This document shows, one piece after another, positions 58,415-64,000 of a stretch of DNA of 64,000 nucleotides; the stretch's first letter is position 1; each line of letters starts with the position of its first letter. This stretch comes from a bacterium (GTDB lineage: Bacteria > Elusimicrobiota > Elusimicrobia > UBA1565 > UBA9628), in NCBI GenBank assembly GCA_021799485.1, contig JAJZAK010000007.1, forward strand, positions 13,472 through 77,471, in the 5' to 3' direction. The notes beneath the pieces are model-generated. The model searched no databases. It was not told the DNA's origin and saw nothing but the letters and a program-made list of their open reading frames with translations. The translations under genes and the position numbers were made by a program.

Positions 58415-58881
58415 GCAAGAAAGCGAAGACGCCCGCCGAAGAATCCGTCGCGGAGGAAAAGACCGCGCCCCGGGAGGATGCCGCAGCGCCAATCCCGCCG
58501 CTTCTGCCGTCGGCGGCCGCGATGGTTCATGTGCCCCAGGAGGGCTGGGTCTCCCTGGCCCACGTGATGCGCCAAGGAATTGAAGCGCCTAAATCCGAAG
58601 GGGCGCGAGCCAAGCCGCAGGCTCCCGCCGCCACTCTCCAGGAACTGGTTTTGGATTACAAGGGAGCGCGTTACAAGGTCGTTCCCGTCGCCGCGGCTTG
58701 GGCGCGGGTCTTGCGGCGCCAAGAGGAGAACCGCCATCTTACTCCCAATGAAATTTTGCAGCGCGCGCTGCGGGATGTCCTGAGCGGGGCCGTCGATTGG
58801 GACAAGCTTAAGACGGGCGGCGAGCTCGCCGCGGCCGCCGCGCCGACTGAAGAAAGCCCCAAGGAAGGGAAGGCTCGTTGA
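58411..58881 (+). CDS. rpoZ: DNA-directed RNA polymerase omega subunit-like protein with ~65-aa N-terminal extension
   Basis: ARYKVVPVAAAWARVLRR...NEILQRALRDVLSG parallels E. coli RpoZ NRFDLVLVAARRARQM...VIALREIEEG. It has the canonical gmk-rpoZ order and an ATGA overlap with gmk. Confidence 0.55.
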   Translation: MSKKAKTPAEESVAEEKTAPREDAAAPIPPLLPSAAAMVHVPQEGWVSLAHVMRQGIEAPKSEGARAKPQAPAATLQELVLDYKGARYKVVPVAAAWARVLRRQEENRHLTPNEILQRALRDVLSGAVDWDKLKTGGELAAAAAPTEESPKEGKAR

Positions 58882-59645
58882 GAGCGGCGGCGGAGGCCGC
58901 CGCTCTCGCCCGCGAGCTGCGCCGTCACCTGCGCGATGCCTTCGAGGACGACATCGCTTCCGTGTCAACGAATTTCGCCAAAACTCCTGCCTTCGGGAGT
59001 TCCGGCGCCGCTCCAACGGCATTAACAGGTTCGAAGGAGGAGGCCTCTCAAAAGCTCGCTGAGGCCATCCGGGCCTGCCGGAGCTGCCCGCTAGGTCGTG
59101 CCCGCCGCAACGCCGTTCCTGGTGAAGGAAGCCTCGCCGCCGACGTCGTCTTCATCGGAGAAGGGCCGGGGCTCGACGAGGACCGTCTCGGACGCCCCTT
59201 CGTGGGCCGGGCTGGCCAACTTCTCGACCGCATCCTGGCATCCATCGGACTTTCACGGGATGCGGTCTATATCGCCAACATGGTCAAATGCCACCCGATG
59301 AAGGACTCTTCTTCTCCGGACTCCCGCGGCAACGACCGCCCGCCCTCTCCTGATGAAATGGAAGCGTGCCGCGGCTATATCGAGGCCCAAATCCGCCTCA
59401 TCGTCCCCCGATTTATCGTGACCTTGGGAGGGGTCGCGAGCAAGGCCTTGTTGCGGGAGGAGACCCCGATCTCCAAGCTGCGCGGGCGATGGCGGGAGTT
59501 TTTTCTGGAGGGACTGGCCGCTCCCATCCGTCTTCTTCCGACGTACCATCCCGCGGCGCTCCTGCGTCAGCCGGAGTTGAAGCGCGCCGTTTGGGAGGAC
59601 ATGAAAACTCTTCGCGACGCTCTGGGAGGGTCGGGCTGTCCGTGA
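58878..59645 (+). CDS. Uracil-DNA glycosylase, family 4
   Basis: It has CRSCPLGRARRNAVPGEGS..VVFIGEGPGLDEDRLGRPFVGRAGQLL..ANMVKCHP..TYHPAALLR. The TTG start overlaps the rpoZ-like stop (TTGA). Confidence 0.85.
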   Translation: MRAAAEAAALARELRRHLRDAFEDDIASVSTNFAKTPAFGSSGAAPTALTGSKEEASQKLAEAIRACRSCPLGRARRNAVPGEGSLAADVVFIGEGPGLDEDRLGRPFVGRAGQLLDRILASIGLSRDAVYIANMVKCHPMKDSSSPDSRGNDRPPSPDEMEACRGYIEAQIRLIVPRFIVTLGGVASKALLREETPISKLRGRWREFFLEGLAAPIRLLPTYHPAALLRQPELKRAVWEDMKTLRDALGGSGCP

Positions 59646-60253
59646 TCTCCGATTCTTCCCTCCCGCCGCGCGGCGAACGGCGGCGGGTTGCCGCGAAGGA
59701 CAACGGCCTTTTCTCCTACCTGAAATATTTTTGGAACGATAAGGCGATCGCGGCGATTACTCCCAGCAGCCGCTACTTGGTCGGCCGCATCATGCGCGCG
59801 GCCGAGGTCGAGGGAGCCCGCCGCGTTGTCGAATATGGCCCCGGAGTGGGGGTCGTCACTCACCAGATCCTGCGGCGCATGTCCAAGGATGGGCGACTGC
59901 TCACGGTCGAAATGAACCCGAAATTCTTCGCCGCGCTTTCCCATCGCATGCACGATCCGCGCGTGGCGCTTCGCCGCGGCGACGCGCGCCAAATCGACCG
60001 GATCGCGAAGGAGGAGGCATTTTCCTCCGTCGACGCGATCGTCTCTGGAATTCCCTTTGCCTTCCTTTCTCCTTCGAGCCGCGGGGAGCTGCTGGGGAAG
60101 ACGGCCGCGTTGCTCAGGCCCGGCGGCCGCTTCGTCGCCTATCAGATCACGCTTCATCTCGTCCCCCTCCTTAAGAAATATTTCCGGAGGACGAACATCG
60201 AATGGGAAGTGCGCAACATCCCTCCTCATTTTGTCATGACGGCGTACAAATGA
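59642..60253 (+). CDS. Class I SAM-dependent methyltransferase (COG3963 phospholipid N-methyltransferase-like)
   Basis: It has IAAITPSSRYLVGRIM and VVEYGPGVGVVTHQIL (motif I). The GTG start at 59642 overlaps the UDG stop (GTGA). The longer track ORF is an out-of-frame overlap with UDG and was rejected. Confidence 0.7.
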   Translation: MISDSSLPPRGERRRVAAKDNGLFSYLKYFWNDKAIAAITPSSRYLVGRIMRAAEVEGARRVVEYGPGVGVVTHQILRRMSKDGRLLTVEMNPKFFAALSHRMHDPRVALRRGDARQIDRIAKEEAFSSVDAIVSGIPFAFLSPSSRGELLGKTAALLRPGGRFVAYQITLHLVPLLKKYFRRTNIEWEVRNIPPHFVMTAYK

Positions 60254-60296
60254 GCGTTACGGAAGGCCATGGAAGGCAGGGGATCGCGGCGCATTC

Positions 60297-62282
60297 ATGA
60301 AAATCGCCGAGGTCGCCTTCGCCCTTCCGCTTCATCAGACGTACCACTATCTGCTGCCCACGGGATCGGACGCCGAGGCGGGATCCCGGGTTCGAGCGCC
60401 GTTCGGCTCTCGGCGCCTGGTGGGGACCGTTCTTAGGATTTTCGACGCGAACCCCGAACGTCCCTTGAAAACGATCGAGGCTGTCATCGACCCCAAGCCC
60501 GTCCTACCGGCGGATCTCTCCGGGTTGGCGCAGTGGCTTTCCTCCCATTATGGGGCGACGGTGGGAGAATGTTTGCGCGCCGTAGCCCCCTCCTTCGTCA
60601 AGACGAGGACCGAAGCCGGCGCCGCGCGGGAACTGGCCGCGATTTCGCCCCAAGATTCGCCTCGGTCCGCGTTCGAGCTTACCGCCGCCCAGTCGCAGGC
60701 CCTGGAGCGGCTCTCGGAGATGCTCGCGAGCGGACGCCATCACTCGGCGCTCCTCTACGGCGTCCCGGCCTCAGGCAAGACCGAAGTCTATCTCAGGCTG
60801 ATCCGGCAGGCGGTTTCGGAAGGCGGCCAGGCGCTCTTTCTTCTTCCGGAAATTTCCCTGACGCTTCCGTTTTACGACGATTTCATGCGGGCTCTCGGCG
60901 TGCCGGTTGGGTTGTGGCACTCCCGCTTGGGACTTCGCGACAAGCGCGCGGTCTGGTCGGCCCTCGCTTCGGGAGAGATGAAAGTCGTCGTCGGGGCCCG
61001 CTCCGCCGCGTTGCTGCCCTTCAAGAAATTGAGGCTCGCGGTTCTCGATGAGGAGCAGGACCCGTCTTACAAGGAAGAGGGCCGCGCGCCGTTCTACCAC
61101 GCCCGCGACGTGGCGGCCGAGCGCGCCCGGCGGTCGGGAGCCCTTCTCGTGCTGGGTTCCGCGACCCCGTCGTTGGAGGCCTGGTCGATGGCGGCCGAAA
61201 ACCAAGCCGAACTCGTCGCCCTCCCCGAGCGCGTATCGAGCCTTCCGCGGCCCAGCGTCCGGCTCATCGCTCCGCCCTCCCCCCAGGACGGCCGGGTTCT
61301 TTCTGAGGAGATCCTTGATCTCCTCAAGGAAGTGCTCCGGCGCCGCGAGCAGGCGATTCTCCTTCTCAACCGCAGGGGATTCAACACCCTTCTTCTTTGC
61401 CGCCGCTGCGGCTGGGTCGACCGTTGCCCTCATTGCGGCGTCGCCAAAATCCGCCACCGCAGCGAAGGAGGTTTTTCTCTCATCTGCCACCACTGCGGCC
61501 GCTCCTATGACGCGCCCTTCGCGTGCGGGCAATGCCGGTCTCCGTCTCTCGTCGCCACGGGCGCGGGCACCCAAAAAGTGGCCGAGGATTTGAAGGCGCG
61601 TCTTCCCGGCGCCCGGGTGCTTCGGCTCGACCGGGACACGCTTGACGGGAAGGGGCTTAAGGAGAGCCGCGTTTATGAGAAGTTCCTGCGCCTGGAAGCC
61701 GATATCTTGGTTGGAACTCAGCTTGTGGCGAAGAGCTTCCACTTTCCCCGCGTGACGCTCGTGGGCGTCGTGGACGCGGACGCCATGCTCCAGATGCCGG
61801 ATTTCCGGGCCTCCGAACGCGCGGCCCAATTGCTCTGCCAGGCGGCCGGGCGCTCGGGTCGGGCGGAGCTGCCCGGTCTCGTCGCCGTCCAAACGAGGCT
61901 GCCCGAGTCTCCGGCGCTCCGGGCGGCCTCGAGCGCCGACTACGCCGCTTTCGCGGAGCGGGAGCTTGAAGTGCGGCGGGAGCTCGGCTACCCCCCTGCG
62001 GGCGGCCTTGTTCGCGTCGTGCTGAGCGGTCCGGAGGAAGGGCCTCTCTGGGAAGGCGCGCGCAGAGCGGCGCAAAGGATCCGAGAGGAACTTCCCGAGC
62101 TTTCGGTCGTCGGCCCCGCTCCCGCGGTCGTCCGTCTCGAGTCGAAGCGGCCCAGGATCCATTTCCTCGTCAAGCTTCCGCGCGGCTTCGACATCGGGAG
62201 GCTGTTTGCTCTTTTGCGCGCCGTTAAAACCCCCTCTGGCCTTAGACGGCGAGTGGATGTCGACCCCTATGACCTCTTCTAG
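60297..62282 (+). CDS. priA: Primosomal protein N' (replication restart helicase PriA)
   Basis: The N-terminus is AEVAFALPLHQTYHYLLP. Walker A is GVPASGKTEVYL and the DEAH-like box is LDEEQD. The Cys-rich zinc region is CRRCGWVDRCPHCGV..CHHCG..CGQCRS. Confidence 0.9.
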   Translation: MKIAEVAFALPLHQTYHYLLPTGSDAEAGSRVRAPFGSRRLVGTVLRIFDANPERPLKTIEAVIDPKPVLPADLSGLAQWLSSHYGATVGECLRAVAPSFVKTRTEAGAARELAAISPQDSPRSAFELTAAQSQALERLSEMLASGRHHSALLYGVPASGKTEVYLRLIRQAVSEGGQALFLLPEISLTLPFYDDFMRALGVPVGLWHSRLGLRDKRAVWSALASGEMKVVVGARSAALLPFKKLRLAVLDEEQDPSYKEEGRAPFYHARDVAAERARRSGALLVLGSATPSLEAWSMAAENQAELVALPERVSSLPRPSVRLIAPPSPQDGRVLSEEILDLLKEVLRRREQAILLLNRRGFNTLLLCRRCGWVDRCPHCGVAKIRHRSEGGFSLICHHCGRSYDAPFACGQCRSPSLVATGAGTQKVAEDLKARLPGARVLRLDRDTLDGKGLKESRVYEKFLRLEADILVGTQLVAKSFHFPRVTLVGVVDADAMLQMPDFRASERAAQLLCQAAGRSGRAELPGLVAVQTRLPESPALRAASSADYAAFAERELEVRRELGYPPAGGLVRVVLSGPEEGPLWEGARRAAQRIREELPELSVVGPAPAVVRLESKRPRIHFLVKLPRGFDIGRLFALLRAVKTPSGLRRRVDVDPYDLF

Positions 62283-63450
62283 CCCTCAGGCGGCCTTTGA
62301 CGCCCAACTGAAGGTCTTCAAGCGCGGAACGACGACGTTTCTGAGTCCCGAGGAGCTCAAGGCGAAGCTCGCGCTTGGCCGGCCCCTGCACGTGAAGCTG
62401 GGCGTGGATCCGACTTCCCCCGAGCTTCATCTGGGCCACAGCGTCGTCCTCGCGAAGCTGCGCGCCCTCCAGGATCTGGGCCACCAGGCCGTGCTCATCA
62501 TTGGCGACTTCACGGCGCGCATCGGCGACCCCTCCGGGCGCGATTCGACGCGGCCGCCCCTCTCCGAGGAGCAGATCGCCAAGAACGCCGCGACCTACGC
62601 GGAGCAGGCGTTCAAGATCCTCGACAGGGGCAAGACGGATCTCCGTCGAAATTCGGAATGGCTGGACGGCTTCCTCGAAAAGGGGCTCCTCGACACCCTG
62701 AAAACCCTGACCGCTCAACAGATCCTCGCTCGCGAGGACTTCAAGGAAAGACTCCAAACCAACGCGCCCTTGACGCTTCTTGAAATGCTTTACCCCGTCT
62801 TCCAGGCCTACGACTCGATCGCGGTGAAAGCCGACGTGGAGTTGGGAGGCAACGACCAGCTCACCAACCTCCTCATGGGCCGGCGTCTGATGGAAACCGC
62901 CGGGATGAAGCCCCAACTCGTCGTGACCACCCCTCTTCTGGTCGGGACCGACGGGGCGCGGAAAATGTCGAAGTCCTACGGCAATTTCGTCGCCCTCAAC
63001 GACGTCCCGGACGAGATGTTCGGCAAGATCCTTCGCATCTCAGACGAACTCATGATGGTCTATTATGAGCTCCTGACCGACGCTCCCCTGGCCGAGATCC
63101 AAAAGCTTCATCCTCTCGATGCCAAGAAAAGTCTCGCGGAGACGATCGTCGCCCGCTACCATGGCCCCGCCGCGGCCCGCCTCGCGAAGGAGCGCTTCGA
63201 GCGGGTCTTCTCCAAGAGGCAGTCTCCCGAGGACGCGCCCAAAATAGGCGTCCCTCCGGGCCTCGCCTTGAGCGAGATCATCGTCCGCGCGGGCGCCGCG
63301 AAGTCGAAAAACGAGGCGCGGCGCCTCTTGTCCCAGGACGCCGTCCGCCTGGACGGCGAGAAGGTCGCCGCGGACTCCCCATTGGCTGAGAGGGGCTCTT
63401 TTCTCCTGCAAGTTGGGCGGCGCCGCTTCGTGCGCGTGGATGTCGAATAG
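62257..63450 (+). CDS. tyrS: Tyrosine--tRNA ligase
   Basis: It has the HIGH-type motif ELHLGH, the KMSKS motif (ARKMSKSYGN) and a C-terminal S4-like domain (SKNEARRLLSQDAVRLDGEKV). The start is ATG 62257 or 62269; both overlap the end of priA. Confidence 0.9.
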   Translation: MSTPMTSSSPQAAFDAQLKVFKRGTTTFLSPEELKAKLALGRPLHVKLGVDPTSPELHLGHSVVLAKLRALQDLGHQAVLIIGDFTARIGDPSGRDSTRPPLSEEQIAKNAATYAEQAFKILDRGKTDLRRNSEWLDGFLEKGLLDTLKTLTAQQILAREDFKERLQTNAPLTLLEMLYPVFQAYDSIAVKADVELGGNDQLTNLLMGRRLMETAGMKPQLVVTTPLLVGTDGARKMSKSYGNFVALNDVPDEMFGKILRISDELMMVYYELLTDAPLAEIQKLHPLDAKKSLAETIVARYHGPAAARLAKERFERVFSKRQSPEDAPKIGVPPGLALSEIIVRAGAAKSKNEARRLLSQDAVRLDGEKVAADSPLAERGSFLLQVGRRRFVRVDVE

Positions 63451-63476
63451 CGGCCTTTTGGTAAGATAATCGATCC

Positions 63477-64000
63477 ATGCCGGCGATGATAGGGGCTCTC
63501 ATGATCTTGGGGGCGATGTCTTGTCCCGCGCGGGCGCAACAGGGCGGGGCCGATTGGGACGCGAGGATTATCCATTCCTCGGGAAGCGTCACCGTCCTTC
63601 TGGCATCGGAGGGTGCCTTAAAGCCTTTCCTCGCGGAGGACGGCCTCCCGCTCTCCCCAGGCGACAGCGTAAAAACCGGGCACGACGGCAGCGCGCTTCT
63701 GACCTTGAGCGGGGTTCACTCGATCACGCTTCTGAGAGACTCGAAGATCAAAATATCCTCCGTCGCGAAGTCCGAAACTCTCCTCGATCTTGCCTTCGGC
63801 CGCATGTTGGCCTTTATTTCTCCCCTCGTGGAGGGCCAGAAGCTTTCGGTCGAGACGCCGCAGGCCGTCGCCGCCGTTCGAGGCACCGAGTTCGGCGTCG
63901 ACGCCGCGGCCTCCGGGTCCTCGGTCGGCGTTTTCGACGAGGGGCACGTCGATGTCTTCAACCCCGCGGGGAAGGTCATGATCGGCCCGAATCAGGAAAC
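63477..64000 (+). CDS. FecR domain-containing secreted protein (partial, continues past window end)
   Basis: Own translation gives MPAMIGALMILGAMSCPARAQQ (signal peptide) ..GDSVKTGHDGSALLTLSGVHSITLLRDSKIKI..LDLAFGRMLAF..LSVETPQAVAAVRGTEFGVD. This has the FecR-domain pattern ending in xVRGTxFxV. It is not in the ORF track because it is open at the window edge. Confidence 0.7.
   Translation, partial: MPAMIGALMILGAMSCPARAQQGGADWDARIIHSSGSVTVLLASEGALKPFLAEDGLPLSPGDSVKTGHDGSALLTLSGVHSITLLRDSKIKISSVAKSETLLDLAFGRMLAFISPLVEGQKLSVETPQAVAAVRGTEFGVDAAASGSSVGVFDEGHVDVFNPAGKVMIGPNQE

Noticed and set aside
57422-58492. 356-aa minus-strand ORF across the cinA/gmk boundary
   Set aside because: It is antisense to gmk (P-loop present) and would span the divergent cinA-gmk intergenic region. 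Its composition is Arg-rich junk.
60771-62162. 463-aa minus-strand ORF
   Set aside because: It is antisense to priA, which has Walker A/B motifs and the Cys-rich zinc region. It is a shadow ORF.

Overview
This is a high-GC, gene-dense window with about 65 CDS and one tRNA. It looks like ordinary chromosome from a diderm bacterium: TolC-like OMF, TonB/ExbBD, LolA and a POTRA-like outer-membrane protein are present. I saw no rRNA, CRISPR array, transposase, integrase or phage genes. Many junctions are 1-4 nt overlaps (ATGA, GTGA, TTGA), and GTG/TTG starts are common. Left to right:
- 1-2143: fragment of a heavy-metal-type RND efflux operon (adaptor with a CPMH..CPxC metal motif plus a TolC/CzcC-like OMF), preceded by a small Cys-rich secreted ORF.
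- 2227-11006: a compact type II FAS-like cluster. A di-iron protein is divergent from a FabV-like enoyl reductase, KAS III, FabG-like KR, FabZ-like DH, KAS I/II, a 300-aa unknown that I read as a cryptic carrier-protein domain with a coiled-coil tail, a PlsC-type acyltransferase fused to a phosphopantetheinyl transferase, and a FabD-like transacylase.
- 11008-12553: a QueC-like PP-loop gene whose SGGxDS motif lies upstream of any canonical start codon, coupled to a GYF/coiled-coil protein.
- 12613-18524: helical-repeat protein, LOG-family protein and a TatT-associated TRAP transporter.
- 18536-26004: metF, aldo/keto reductase, ClpS-like gene, then envelope glycan genes (GT4, methyltransferase, GT2, MurJ-like flippase, O-methyltransferase).
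- 26001-29146: receiver protein plus ABC exporter, and an EEP-family nuclease/phosphatase.
- 29153-34521: an eight-gene signalling string (OmpR-type RR, small unknown, two tandem ACT proteins, YtxH, small unknown, PAS kinase, RR-kinase hybrid).
- 34677-38108: secreted ParB-like protein, PEGA lipoprotein, tRNA-Ser(GCU) and the exbB-exbD-tonB operon.
- 38183-47418: MoxR-DUF58-BatA/vWA/DUF4159-vWA/GATase-like operon and a DUF2723/TPR protein.
- 47423-64000: housekeeping block (unknown OMP, pgsA, rodZ-like, lolA-like, ftsK, accB, pnp, rpsO, cinA, gmk, rpoZ-like, family-4 UDG, methyltransferase, priA, tyrS) and a partial FecR-domain gene.

The best candidate for something undescribed is the FAS-like cluster, because of its atypical carrier protein and the acyltransferase-PPTase fusion. 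All family calls come from reading motifs by eye and from memory of the families; no database search was possible.
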